Source: an uncultured Anaerolineae bacterium | GTDB lineage: Bacteria > Chloroflexota > Anaerolineae > JAFGEY01 | Reading direction: 5' to 3' | Length of the DNA: 64,000 nt | Assembly (NCBI GenBank): GCA_964481205.1 | Contig: CAYZYE010000002.1 | Span: 3,532-67,531, forward strand | In this document: positions 35,793-45,900 of the stretch, one piece after another | Layout of the letters: each line of letters begins with the position of its first letter | Numbering within the stretch: the first letter of the stretch is position 1 | The notes under the pieces: model-generated | The model's input: only the letters and a program-made list of their open reading frames with translations | Databases searched by the model: none | What the model was told of the DNA's origin: nothing | Translations under genes and position numbers: made by a program

Positions 35793-37742
35793 ATGATACA
35801 CCAGACAGCACAGCGTACAAAACCACATTCATCGATCCACTGGACATTGCTGATCATTTTGCTGATCGGCGCCTGGTTCAGATGGGCCTCACTGGGACGA
35901 ATGAACGACATGCTTCACTATGACGAAGCCTACAACGGCATCGACGCCGCCTCACTGCTCGACGCCCCGCGCCTCACCCCATTCTTTCCAGACAACTTTG
36001 GGCGAGAAAGCGGCTGGCACTATTTGGCCGCGCCGTTCATCGCCATCTGGGGCGCGACCCCTTTTTCCATGCGCCTCCTCTCGACAATGCTCGGCATCCT
36101 CACCCTGGCCGCCATTTACCCGCTAGGCCAGGAATTGCTTGGCCCAACCGGCGCAACGTGGAGCGCGGCCTCGTTGGCCGTGCTCTATTGGCACGTACAC
36201 ATCAGCCAATTGGCCCTGCGCGCCATCCTCTTCCCCTTACTCGGCGTCCTGGCGCTGGCCTGCCTGCTCAACGCGCGCCGCACAAACACCCGCCGGGCCT
36301 GGCTGTGCGGTGGACTGTTTCTCGGCTTGATGGCCTATTCCTATTTTTCTGCCCTGTTGTGGATAATATACACCGTTCTTTCACTGTTGGCATGGACAAG
36401 ATCGTCGGAACGGCGGCGGGGCGCGCTCATCGCCCTGACAATCGCCGCCGTCCTCGCGCTGCCCCTCGTCATCTATACCATCCGCGACCCCGCGCACACG
36501 CTCACGCGCACCAACACCGTCGCTGCCGCCTCGATGACCCAGATTGCCAACAACTCGCTGCTCTGGGCCAAAGCCTGGTTCGAGACAGGCGACACAATTC
36601 CCGAATTCAACCTCAAAGGCCGCCCGATCCTCGACCCATACCTGGGGACACTCGTCCTCGCCGGGCTGGCCGGGTTGTTCCTGGCCGTCCGCCGCAAATG
36701 GGACAGCCTCTGGCTGCTCGGATTGGCCCTTTTTGCCATGCTGCCCTCGATTTTGAGCGAAAACGCGCCCCACTTTTTACGCGCCGTCGGGCTGACGATC
36801 CCCATCTCTCTCCTGACCGGCGCCGGCGCGCAGACAGCGCAGCGTCTTGTGCAGCGCATTTCCGGCCGGAACACACTCGCGCTCCTGCTCCCCCTGGCCC
36901 TGTTGTCTGCCAGCGGCGCAATTGCCTACCGCGACTTTCACCAACGCTGGCTCAACCACCCAGAAACATTCTGGTTTATGGAAGAACACGTCAATCGCGC
37001 CGCCAACTTTATCAAAGCAAACACCGCCGGCGCGATGCCGGTCTACTTGGCGCCATTTGCGCCCGGACACCCCGTAGTGATCTTGCGCAGCCGCGACCTC
37101 GCGCCGCGCTACGTCGGCACGTTTGACCCGCAGCAATGTCTCGTCATCGCCGACCGCCCCGCCATCTATGTCGCGCTGACCCAATATCAGCCCGAATTCG
37201 AGCAAACCATGTCCAAATGGCTCGAGATGACGATCCTTGACCAGGATCGAAACGCGGCCGGCAAGAGACCGCGATACACCGTTTTTCGGGCCGCGCCGCG
37301 CGCCGACGCGCCGCTCGCCGGCAAAACGACATTCATGTTCGCCGACACTTTGCGCCTGCGCGCGATACAACCCATTTCAGACACCGCCCGTCCGGGGCAG
37401 CGCATCCCCATCCTGCTCGCCCTCGACACCAGGCGCCCCCTCAAGCGCCCGTACAGCGTCTTTGTGCATCTCTACGGCGACCCGGCGCCCGCCCAGGGCG
37501 GCGCAATCTGGGGCTATGGCGACAGCCAACTCTGCGTCTCGTACCCCACCAACTTTTGGCGGCCCGGCGAAAGCGTGCTGCAACAATTTACACTCAACGT
37601 CGCACCCAACACGCCACCCGGCGATTACGACATTGCCGTGGGCGTATACGAAAGCCCGGCCGGCGCGAGGCTGCCCGTCACCAACCCGGAATCGCCACCC
37701 GCCGATTATATCCTCTTGAAAACGATCCATGTCCAACAATGA
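35793..37742 (+). CDS. GT39/ArnT-like membrane glycosyltransferase paralog with the family C-terminal domain
   Basis: A YDEAYNG loop motif after the first TM, many TM helices, and the shared C-terminal domain (SVFVHLYGDP...WRPGESV...PGDYDIAVGVY). Confidence 0.7.
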   Translation: MIHQTAQRTKPHSSIHWTLLIILLIGAWFRWASLGRMNDMLHYDEAYNGIDAASLLDAPRLTPFFPDNFGRESGWHYLAAPFIAIWGATPFSMRLLSTMLGILTLAAIYPLGQELLGPTGATWSAASLAVLYWHVHISQLALRAILFPLLGVLALACLLNARRTNTRRAWLCGGLFLGLMAYSYFSALLWIIYTVLSLLAWTRSSERRRGALIALTIAAVLALPLVIYTIRDPAHTLTRTNTVAAASMTQIANNSLLWAKAWFETGDTIPEFNLKGRPILDPYLGTLVLAGLAGLFLAVRRKWDSLWLLGLALFAMLPSILSENAPHFLRAVGLTIPISLLTGAGAQTAQRLVQRISGRNTLALLLPLALLSASGAIAYRDFHQRWLNHPETFWFMEEHVNRAANFIKANTAGAMPVYLAPFAPGHPVVILRSRDLAPRYVGTFDPQQCLVIADRPAIYVALTQYQPEFEQTMSKWLEMTILDQDRNAAGKRPRYTVFRAAPRADAPLAGKTTFMFADTLRLRAIQPISDTARPGQRIPILLALDTRRPLKRPYSVFVHLYGDPAPAQGGAIWGYGDSQLCVSYPTNFWRPGESVLQQFTLNVAPNTPPGDYDIAVGVYESPAGARLPVTNPESPPADYILLKTIHVQQ

Positions 37743-39099
37743 CGCCCGCAGAACGACCAGACGGAGGATGTGTGTGCAAAATACAATCGCAATTATTGCC
37801 AAAATATCGTCTAAAATCGAACCGGCGCTCATCGCCTACCGGCGAGACTGGCACAAGTACGCGGAAACGGGCTGGTGCGAGTTTCGCACCGCGTCGCTGA
37901 TCGCCCGGCGGCTGACCGAACTGGGCTACCGGGTCCACCTGGGGCGCGAGGTGATCGACGAGGCCGGGCGGATGGGCGTGCCCGATCACGACATTTTGCA
38001 ATCTCGCTGGCAGCGCGCGCAAGCGCAGGGCGGCGACCCCGAATTTCTGCCCCTGCTCGAGGAGGGATTCACCGGCGTGGTCGGCGTGTTGAAAAACGGC
38101 GCCGGCCCCACGGTGGGGATTCGCTTTGACATTGACGCCAACGAGCTGCAAGAAAGCGCCGCCGAGACGCATCGCCCGGCGCGAGAGGGATTCGCCTCGA
38201 TTCACCCAGAGGCCACGCATGCCTGCGGTCACGACGGACACGCCGCCGTTGGCCTGGGCGTCGCCGACGTGCTGGCGCGGCTGCAACCCAGTTGGCGCGG
38301 CGTCATCAAGTTGATCTTTCAACCCGCCGAGGAAGGCGTGCGCGGCGCCAGGGCAATGGTCGACGCCGGCGTCGTCGACGACGTCGATGTGCTGCTGGCG
38401 CACCATCTGTACAGCGGCGTGAAACCGGGGCTGGTCACGGGCGGCAAAGGCGGATACCTGAGCACCACCAAGTTCGACGCCTTGTTCACCGGCGCGCCGG
38501 CGCATGCCGCCGGCGCGCCTCACGCGGGCAAAAACGCGCTGTTGGCCGCAGCAACCGCCGTCCTCAACCTCTATGCCCTCCCCCGCCACCGCGAAGGCGT
38601 GACCCGCGTCAATGTAGGGCGGCTACAAGCCGGCAGCGGGCGCAACGTGATCCCGTCGCACGCGCACCTGGTCATCGAAACACGCGGCGCAAGCAACGCA
38701 TTGAACGCCTATATGTACGATTATGCGATCCGCATCCTCGAATCGGCTGCGCAAATGCACGACTGCACCCTCGAAATCAAGCCAATGGGCGCGGCCCAGG
38801 GCGCCGACAGCAGCCCGGAACTGGCCGGGCGGGTCGAACAAATCGCATTGCAGTTTGGCGAATTTACCCTGAAACCGTCAGAGAACGGCGGCGGAAGCGA
38901 AGACTATACCTGGATGATGCGCCGCGTGCAAGAAAACGGCGGTCAGGCGACCTTTATCGCCCTCGGCGCCGACATCGCGGACGGCGAGTCTGGCCTGGGG
39001 CACCACACCGCCGAGTTTGATTTTGACGAACGCGCGCTGGCCCAGGCGGTCAGACTGCTTTCGGCGGTCGCCGTGGATTCATTGGCGCTGGCAGAATAA
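37729..39099 (+). CDS. M20D family amidohydrolase (N-acyl-amino acid amidohydrolase / hippuricase-like)
   Basis: Metal-binding segments (HACGHDGH, FQPAEEG). The start is uncertain (37729 or 37768). Confidence 0.8.
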   Translation: MSNNDARRTTRRRMCVQNTIAIIAKISSKIEPALIAYRRDWHKYAETGWCEFRTASLIARRLTELGYRVHLGREVIDEAGRMGVPDHDILQSRWQRAQAQGGDPEFLPLLEEGFTGVVGVLKNGAGPTVGIRFDIDANELQESAAETHRPAREGFASIHPEATHACGHDGHAAVGLGVADVLARLQPSWRGVIKLIFQPAEEGVRGARAMVDAGVVDDVDVLLAHHLYSGVKPGLVTGGKGGYLSTTKFDALFTGAPAHAAGAPHAGKNALLAAATAVLNLYALPRHREGVTRVNVGRLQAGSGRNVIPSHAHLVIETRGASNALNAYMYDYAIRILESAAQMHDCTLEIKPMGAAQGADSSPELAGRVEQIALQFGEFTLKPSENGGGSEDYTWMMRRVQENGGQATFIALGADIADGESGLGHHTAEFDFDERALAQAVRLLSAVAVDSLALAE

Positions 39100-39142
39100 C
39101 CCCCACATCCTGTGGAAAACCTGTGGACATTGTGGATAACTC

Positions 39143-39167
39143 GGCGCTTTTCCACCCAAAAGCGCCG
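39143..39167 (+). terminator. Stem-loop GGCGCTTTT-CCACCC-AAAAGCGCC downstream of the amidohydrolase gene (terminator candidate, no U-tract)
   Basis: Perfect 9-bp stem read directly. Confidence 0.3.
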
Positions 39168-39178
39168 GTTATGGAAAA

Positions 39179-39254
39179 GGATGTGTTTCATTTGCTTTGT
39201 AGGTCGCCCGCAAGGGGCGATGCTACAAACGCCCAAACCATTTGAAACACATCC
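39179..39254. repeat. Repeat family 2, copy A: imperfect TIRs GGATGTGTTTCA...TGAAACACATCC around a conserved hairpin core GTAGGTCGCCCGCAAGGGGCGATGCTAC
   Basis: Related copies at 44045..44153, 48837..48938 and 49202..49368. Confidence 0.5.
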
Positions 39255-39277
39255 CATTGAAAAGGAAAGGAAAACGT

Positions 39278-41824
39278 GTGGTCAAAAAACCAATTGTACA
39301 CATGATCGGCAACGCGCACATCGATCCGGTGTGGTTGTGGCGTCTGGGAGAGGGACGCCAGGAGGTTTTATCAACCTATCGCGCGGCCATTGAACGCATC
39401 GGGGAAACGCCGGGCTTTATTTTCAGCAGCGGCGGCGCGATCACCTATCGCTGGGTGCAAAAAGACGACCCCGAACTGTTTGCCGCCATCCGGCACTGCG
39501 TCGCCGACGGCAGTTGGTCGATCGTCAGCGGTTGGATGATCCAGCCCGACTGCAACATCCCCGGCGGCGAATCGTTCGTCCGTCAGGGGCTATACGGGCA
39601 ACGCGCCATCGAGGAAATGTTTGGCGTGCGCGCCGCCACCGGCTATAACGTCGATTCATTTGGACACGCCGGCAGTTTGCCGCAAATACTGCGTGGCTGC
39701 GGGCTGAGCAATTATATCTTTTTTCGCCCCGCCCCCGGCGTCGAAAAAGAGCTGCCCGGCAACCTCTTTTGGTGGGAAAGCGACGACGGTTCACGAGTGC
39801 TGACCAGCCGCCCGCCGCTGCACTATCCCAGCCACGACGGCGACATTATGGAACGCATCGACGCGGCGGCGGCGCAAGCCCCGGTCGATGTGGGACACGT
39901 GCTGTGCTTTTACGGCGTCGGCAACCACGGCGGCGGGCCGAGCAAAGCCAATATTGCCTCCATTCTGGCCGCCATGCAGCGCGCCGGCGGGCCAGAGGTG
40001 CGTTTTGGCGCCACCGATGCCTTTTTCGACCTTGTGCGCGCCGGCGGCGCCGACCTGCCCGTGCTGCACGACGAACTGCAACATCACGCGCGCGGCTGCT
40101 ATACCGCCGTCTCCAAAATAAAGTGGTACAACCGCAAATGCGAAAACGCCCTGCTCTGCGCCGAAAAGTTTGCCGCGCTGGCGCATCGCTACTGCGGCCT
40201 GGACTATCCCCAGGCGTCGCTAGAGCAAGCCTGGGAAAACGTCCTGTTTAACCAATTTCACGACATTCTGGCCGGCACCAGCTTGCGCCAGGCGTGCCAG
40301 GACGTGTACGAGGATTACGAAACCAGTTTGCGCATCGCCAACCAGTCGCTTGATCGCGCGCTGGCGGCCTTGTGTACCCGGATCGACACGCGCGGCCTGG
40401 ACCGGCCCTTGATCGTCTTTAATCCACACCCCTGGGATGTGGTCGCCCCCACCGAGGCCGTGGCGACCCCCACCCGGCGTTGGAACCAAGATTGGCGCGG
40501 GCAATTTCGCCCCGGCATCGTCCACCTGACCGACGACCGGGGGAAACCCGTGCCTTGCCAGGTCACAGCGGTCGAACATGACGGCGGATATTACTTGCTG
40601 CATCTGTCCTTTATCGCCGACCTGCCCGCGCTGGGCTATCGCTGCTACAATCTGGACATCCCGCGCGACGCGCCCACCTGGCCGGGAACGGCCACGAGGG
40701 CCGGTGCTATCGGGGAAATGAACCACGCAACCGGGGCCGCGGTACAGAGGGGCGCAAAACCGGGGGAGCTGATCCTGGAAAATCAACACCTGCGCCTCGC
40801 CTTTGACCCAGACAGCGGTTGGCTGACCAGTTTGTACGACAAGGAGAATGTGGTCGAACTGCTTGGCGGCCCGGGGGGTGTGCCACTGGTCATCGACGAT
40901 CCGAGCGACACCTGGAGCCACGACCTGGTCTCGTTCGACCGGGTGATCGGCAAATTCGAGGCCGGGGGGCAGGTCGCCGGCAGGTCGCCGGCGCATATCG
41001 CTGCCGGCGCGCCGGTGCGACAAAGCGTGCGGATAGTCAGCCGGTGGAACTGCTCGACGATCACGATTGATTATATCTTGTACGACAATGATCGCCAGGT
41101 CTACATCGACATGACCGTTGATTGGCACGAGCAGCTCAAAATGCTCAAACTGGCATTCCCGCTGGCGCTAGAGAACGCGACAAGCAGGTCGTCGATCCCT
41201 TATGGCAGCATCCAACGCGAGGGGGACGGCGGCGAAGAGCCGTGCCAAAGTTGGGTCGATGTCAGCGGCAGCATCGACGGGCAACCTTACGGCCTGGCCT
41301 TGCTCAACGACAGCAAATACGGCTATGACGCGCTCGACGGCGAGCTGCGGATGAGTATTCTACGCAGCCCGGTGTTTGCCTTTCACCAGCCGCGCCAGAT
41401 CGAGCCGGGCGTGACCTATCACTATACCGATCAGGGAGAACAGTTTGTGCGTCTGGCGCTGCTGCCGCACGCCGGCGGCTGGCAAGAGGGCGATCTCGTG
41501 CGCCGCGCCGCGTTGTTGAACGCGCCGCCGGTCGCGCGGGAGGTCGATCCGCACGCAGGGGAATGGCCGTTGGCCTTGTCATTTTTGCGCTGTTCAGCGC
41601 CCAACGTCGCGATCACGACGCTCAAACGCGCCCAAGAGGGCGACGCGCTGATCTTGCGTGGTTACGAGACGATTGGAAAAGAAACGATCGCCAGAATCGA
41701 ACTGGGACACGAAAACGCCGGCTGGCCCGTCGCCTGGAAAGCGCACGAGATCAAGACGCTGAAATTAGCGGTGGGCGCGAGCAAGCCGGTCGAGGTCAAT
41801 ATGCTTGAGGAAAACCAATCATAG
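39278..41824 (+). CDS. Glycoside hydrolase family 38 alpha-mannosidase
   Basis: GH38 N-terminal motif (KKPIVHMIGNAHIDPVWLW) and a long collinear match across the protein. GTG start after an AGGAAAGGAAAAC RBS. The ATG at 39242 lies inside the repeat element and is probably not the start. Confidence 0.85.
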   Translation: MVKKPIVHMIGNAHIDPVWLWRLGEGRQEVLSTYRAAIERIGETPGFIFSSGGAITYRWVQKDDPELFAAIRHCVADGSWSIVSGWMIQPDCNIPGGESFVRQGLYGQRAIEEMFGVRAATGYNVDSFGHAGSLPQILRGCGLSNYIFFRPAPGVEKELPGNLFWWESDDGSRVLTSRPPLHYPSHDGDIMERIDAAAAQAPVDVGHVLCFYGVGNHGGGPSKANIASILAAMQRAGGPEVRFGATDAFFDLVRAGGADLPVLHDELQHHARGCYTAVSKIKWYNRKCENALLCAEKFAALAHRYCGLDYPQASLEQAWENVLFNQFHDILAGTSLRQACQDVYEDYETSLRIANQSLDRALAALCTRIDTRGLDRPLIVFNPHPWDVVAPTEAVATPTRRWNQDWRGQFRPGIVHLTDDRGKPVPCQVTAVEHDGGYYLLHLSFIADLPALGYRCYNLDIPRDAPTWPGTATRAGAIGEMNHATGAAVQRGAKPGELILENQHLRLAFDPDSGWLTSLYDKENVVELLGGPGGVPLVIDDPSDTWSHDLVSFDRVIGKFEAGGQVAGRSPAHIAAGAPVRQSVRIVSRWNCSTITIDYILYDNDRQVYIDMTVDWHEQLKMLKLAFPLALENATSRSSIPYGSIQREGDGGEEPCQSWVDVSGSIDGQPYGLALLNDSKYGYDALDGELRMSILRSPVFAFHQPRQIEPGVTYHYTDQGEQFVRLALLPHAGGWQEGDLVRRAALLNAPPVAREVDPHAGEWPLALSFLRCSAPNVAITTLKRAQEGDALILRGYETIGKETIARIELGHENAGWPVAWKAHEIKTLKLAVGASKPVEVNMLEENQS

Positions 41825-41835
41825 GGGCAGGTAAA

Positions 41836-42048
41836 ATGTTTCCATCACACAGCGTGGTCATTCCGATCATTGATTATGAACTCTGCCAGGCCTGCCGCAA
41901 GTGCGTGGCATCGCAGCACTGCCGGTTCAAAGCCTTTGTGCGCATCGACAAGGAGGAACCGCCATTCATCGATGTGTCTCGCTGCGGCGGGTGCTACGAC
42001 TGCGTACCGCACTGCCCCAACCAGGCGATCAAGTTGCCGGACAAGTGA
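41836..42048 (+). CDS. Small ferredoxin-like protein (two Cys clusters: CQACRKC...C and CGGCYDCVPHCP)
   Basis: Cys spacing fits a 2x[4Fe-4S] ferredoxin pattern. 70 aa. Confidence 0.45.
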   Translation: MFPSHSVVIPIIDYELCQACRKCVASQHCRFKAFVRIDKEEPPFIDVSRCGGCYDCVPHCPNQAIKLPDK

Positions 42049-43947
42049 TCATTCGCCCGACCACTGCGGGTAATAGGTGGACAGCCACGAGTACGGAAAG
42101 TCTTGCATCGACTCGCTCTCGTCGGGGTTTTCGACACCGACGACATAGACGTGATTTTCGCCGTCGATATAGGCAATCTGCGCCCCATCTGGGCTAAAGG
42201 CCGCCTCGGCCCGCAAATGCTCCTCGTCTGCGTGATCGGTGACGGCAATCAGCGTCGCTTCGCCGCCGTCGCGGCCGATCACATAAATGCTCCGCGTCAA
42301 CGGAAAGACCCACTCGACATTGGACATTGCCGAAAAAACCACCCACTCGCCGTCGGGCGACCACTGCGGGGCACTCGCGCATTGACCGTTCCCGGGCCAG
42401 ATCACCTCCAGACCCGAACCGTCAGAATGAATACGCGCCAGATCGCAGTTGCGATGAAAAACGATCCATTCTCCGTCTGGACTCCAGGACGGGGCCGTAT
42501 TGTTTTCGGTTGAGGTAATTTGGCGCAAATCGGTGCCATCGGCGTTGACAATGAAAAGCGAGTGCCCAGCGACTTCGCCGGCGTCAGAGCGAATGCCGCT
42601 CACCACCAGTTGCCGGCCTTCAGGACTCCAAGACACATCGTTGATGTGTTGAAATCCGGCGTCCTGCAGAATCTTGGTTGGCGCTTTTTCTTCCAGCAGC
42701 GAATAGATACACAAACCGTTCCCCAACCCGTCCCACTCGCACGGCGCGACGCGAACGGCTTCCTCGTCCGAACCGTCCCCCGGCAACGTCTCGTCTTCGC
42801 CGAGACCGAGAACGATCAGCGCCGCCCCAACAGCGACCGCCGCCACGACCAGCAGCGCAATCACGCCCCCGGCCCAGGCCCACCAGGGAATTTTTCGCTT
42901 TTTGGGCAGAACCCTGGTTGCCGGCACCGCCGGCTCTGGCTCGACCTGAGTAACACTGGCTTGGACCGCCGGCGGCGGCTTGGGTTCAACGACGGTTTTT
43001 GGCGGCGCCGCCTCGACCGCTGGCGCCGTCTCGATCGGCAGCGGCGCAAACGCATCCAGTTTTTCGACCGGCGACAGAGACGGCGGCATGCGCTGGTCAA
43101 AGCCCAAAATGTCGGTCAATGGCACGGCCTGCGCCGCCCGCTTGAGCGCCGCGCTCATTTCACCGCAACTCTGGTATCGATCCTGCGGGTCTTTGGCCAA
43201 GGCCTTGAGGATGACCAGCTCGATCTGTTCGGGAATAGCCGGATTGACCAGCCGAGGCATCGGCAGCGGCTCGGTGATGTGTTTGATCACCACCGCCATC
43301 GGCGTTTCGGCGTCAAAAGGCACGCGCCCGGTCAACATCTCGTACAAGACCACGCCGAGCGAGTAAATATCGGCGCGGTGGTCGGCCTTTTTGCCCTGTC
43401 CCTGCTCAGGCGACATGTAGGCCGGTGTGCCCACGCCCACGCCAGAAGCGGTCAGCTGCACCGATCCCTCGACCATCTTGGCCAGACCGAAATCCATCAG
43501 CAGCGCCCAGTCACCTCGATCCATCAACACATTCGACGGCTTGACGTCGCGATGAATGATCCCCTGCTCGTGAGCATAATCGAGCGCCTGAGCCAAATGT
43601 TCAATGATCTCGATCGCCCGTTCGGTTTCCACCGCTCCGGCCACGATCATATCTTTGAGCGTGCCGGCGGGCACATATTTCATCGCAATAAAAGTATAGT
43701 CGCCTTCCCGGCCAAAATCATAGACCGGCAAAATGTGAGGGTGTTCCAACCGCGCCACGGCCTTGGCTTCGCGAATAAAGCGTTCGGCAAAGCCCTGCTC
43801 ATGTACGTAATAAGGAGGCAGCACCTTGATCGCCACGTATCGCTCCAGCGACGGCTGAAAGGCCTTGAATACCGAAGCCATGCCGCCCTGTCCCAACGGT
43901 TCGATAATGCGATATTGTCCCAAAGTTTGTCCGGTTAAATCTTGCAT
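42049..43947 (-). CDS. Ser/Thr protein kinase with a TM helix and an extracellular PD40/TolB-like beta-propeller
   Basis: Hanks kinase motifs (GQGGMASVFKA, HRDVKPSN, DFGLAK). One TM helix. Repeated SWSPDGEW / FSPDG motifs at the C-terminus. The start is at MQDLTG with a GGAGGA RBS. Confidence 0.85.
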   Translation of the reverse strand: MQDLTGQTLGQYRIIEPLGQGGMASVFKAFQPSLERYVAIKVLPPYYVHEQGFAERFIREAKAVARLEHPHILPVYDFGREGDYTFIAMKYVPAGTLKDMIVAGAVETERAIEIIEHLAQALDYAHEQGIIHRDVKPSNVLMDRGDWALLMDFGLAKMVEGSVQLTASGVGVGTPAYMSPEQGQGKKADHRADIYSLGVVLYEMLTGRVPFDAETPMAVVIKHITEPLPMPRLVNPAIPEQIELVILKALAKDPQDRYQSCGEMSAALKRAAQAVPLTDILGFDQRMPPSLSPVEKLDAFAPLPIETAPAVEAAPPKTVVEPKPPPAVQASVTQVEPEPAVPATRVLPKKRKIPWWAWAGGVIALLVVAAVAVGAALIVLGLGEDETLPGDGSDEEAVRVAPCEWDGLGNGLCIYSLLEEKAPTKILQDAGFQHINDVSWSPEGRQLVVSGIRSDAGEVAGHSLFIVNADGTDLRQITSTENNTAPSWSPDGEWIVFHRNCDLARIHSDGSGLEVIWPGNGQCASAPQWSPDGEWVVFSAMSNVEWVFPLTRSIYVIGRDGGEATLIAVTDHADEEHLRAEAAFSPDGAQIAYIDGENHVYVVGVENPDESESMQDFPYSWLSTYYPQWSGE

Positions 43948-44044
43948 CAGAATCCTCCCCCTCCCACCCACACGCAGATATGTGCCTCCCACCAGCTACC
44001 ATTTTAACACGTTCTGATGTTAAATTCAAGCAGCACTTGCGCAA

Positions 44045-44153
44045 GGATGTATTTCACTTTTGGGGCGAAACCGATCACATTCGGTTTGTTCAGCCGCCCT
44101 CCCCACAGGTCGCCCACGAGGGGCGATGCTACGGACGCCTAAATTCTGAAACT
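44045..44153. repeat. Repeat family 2, copy B
   Basis: GGATGTATTTCAC terminus and a GGTCGCCCACGAGGGGCGATGCTAC core. Confidence 0.45.
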
Positions 44154-44228
44154 CGCTTGGTTGATTTGGCGCGATTGTGGTATACTCGTACATGCTTCAA
44201 CCAAACACAATACTCGCGGAGTGGAACG

Positions 44229-45899
44229 ATGAAATTGGTTACAGTAGCGGAAATGAAACGCCTGGAACAGGCCGCCGATGCCAAAGGGCATTCTTTTGCC
44301 GAGATGATGGAACAAGCCGGACGCGCCGTGGCGCTCGAGATCGCCAAACAGACGCCTGTCAAAGGCAAAATTGTTTTGGTGCTGGTCGGCCCCGGCAACA
44401 ATGGCGGTGATGGCCTGGTGGCGGCGCGCTATCTCAAGGAAGCGGGCGCACAAATCGTCTGCTATATGTTGAAACCGCGCCCCGAGGGAGACACAAACCT
44501 CAAGCTGGTCCAAGAACACAATATCGCCTGTTTGCTCCTGGACGACGATCGTGAGCACAAGATGCTCCGTAAAGTATTGCAAAGCGTCGATATAATCATA
44601 GATGCGCTCCTGGGCACCGGCGTCTCCCGGCCAATCGACGGCGCGCTCAAGGACATCCTCGACGTGGTGCGCCAGACCGTGCAAGCGCGGCGACCGGCGC
44701 AAACCATCGCCTGGACGGCGTTGGCGCCGCCGTCCAGGCCGGCCGATCAGCCGATCCCCGCACCGTTCATCGTTGCCATTGACACGCCCAGCGGCCTCAA
44801 CTGCGATACAGGCGAGATCGACGCTGCCGCCCTGACCGCCGACCTCACCATCGCTCTGGCCGCGCCCAAACGCGGCCATTTCCGCTTCCCCGGCGCGGCC
44901 GCGCTGGGCCGGCTGGTCGTCGCCGATATTGGCATCGACCCCGGGCTGGTCGCCGAAACGTTGGCCGGTATCCCGGTCGATGTGGCGACGGCGAAAATGG
45001 CTGGCGCGTTGCTGCCCGAACGCCCCCCGCAGGCGCACAAGGGCACATTTGGCAAGGCGATGGTCGTTGCCGGTTCGGTCAATTACACCGGCGCGCCTTA
45101 TCTGGCCGCCGCGGCGGCGGCCCGGGTCGGCGCCGGGCTGGTGACGTTGGCGCCGCCGCAACCGCTGCACGCCATTTTGGCCGGCAAACTGGTCGAGGCG
45201 ACATTTTTGCTCTTGCCGCACAGCATGGGCGTGTTGAACGTCAATGCCGTTCCGGTGTTGAGCAAAAACCTCAAGGGGTACACGGCGATGCTTCTTGGAC
45301 CGGGGCTAGGTCAAGACAAAGAAACGGTATCTTTTGTTCATAAATTGCTCGATATGGCCCCGTCGTCACCGCCACCCATCGGTTTTCGACGCGGCCGGGA
45401 ATCATCAGCGCCGGTCACGCTTCCCGCGCTGGTGATCGATGCCGACGGCCTCAACGCCCTGGCTAAAATCGACAGATGGTGGGAATACCTGCCGCCGCAC
45501 AGCATCCTCACCCCGCATCCCGGTGAAATGGCGCGCTTGACCAGCAGTGAGAACGAGAATCGGGAGCGCATCGCCCTGGCCGCCGAAAAGGCCGCCGCAT
45601 GGCAGCAAATCGTCGTCCTCAAAGGGGCGTACACGGTCATCGCAGCGCCAGATGGGGCGATCGCGGCGCTGCCTTTTGCCAACCCGGCCCTGTCGACGGC
45701 CGGCAGCGGCGACGTTTTGGCGGGCTGCATTGTGGGGTTGTTGGCGCAAGGGCTGGCTCCATTCGAGGCTGCCGTCTGCGGCGCGTATCTCCACGGGTTG
45801 GCCGGCGCGCGCGTGGCGGCCCGGTTGGGCGTGGCGGGGACGCTGGCCGGCGATCTGTTGCCGGAACTGCCCGGCGCCATCGCCAGCCTGAAAATGTGA
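44229..45899 (+). CDS. nnr: Bifunctional NAD(P)H-hydrate repair enzyme Nnr (epimerase plus ADP-dependent dehydratase)
   Basis: YjeF-N motif (LVLVGPGNNGGDG) and the YjeF-C carbohydrate kinase domain (GSGDVLAG). Confidence 0.85.
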   Translation: MKLVTVAEMKRLEQAADAKGHSFAEMMEQAGRAVALEIAKQTPVKGKIVLVLVGPGNNGGDGLVAARYLKEAGAQIVCYMLKPRPEGDTNLKLVQEHNIACLLLDDDREHKMLRKVLQSVDIIIDALLGTGVSRPIDGALKDILDVVRQTVQARRPAQTIAWTALAPPSRPADQPIPAPFIVAIDTPSGLNCDTGEIDAAALTADLTIALAAPKRGHFRFPGAAALGRLVVADIGIDPGLVAETLAGIPVDVATAKMAGALLPERPPQAHKGTFGKAMVVAGSVNYTGAPYLAAAAAARVGAGLVTLAPPQPLHAILAGKLVEATFLLLPHSMGVLNVNAVPVLSKNLKGYTAMLLGPGLGQDKETVSFVHKLLDMAPSSPPPIGFRRGRESSAPVTLPALVIDADGLNALAKIDRWWEYLPPHSILTPHPGEMARLTSSENENRERIALAAEKAAAWQQIVVLKGAYTVIAAPDGAIAALPFANPALSTAGSGDVLAGCIVGLLAQGLAPFEAAVCGAYLHGLAGARVAARLGVAGTLAGDLLPELPGAIASLKM

Positions 45900-45900
45900 T

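Noticed and set aside
39113-39145. A perfect DnaA box TTGTGGATAAC within a run of TGGA-containing repeats (cctgTGGAAAAcctgTGGACAttgTGGATAAc)
   Set aside because: It is an isolated site far from dnaA with no AT-rich unwinding element. Most likely chance, or part of the adjacent repeat element, and not an origin.
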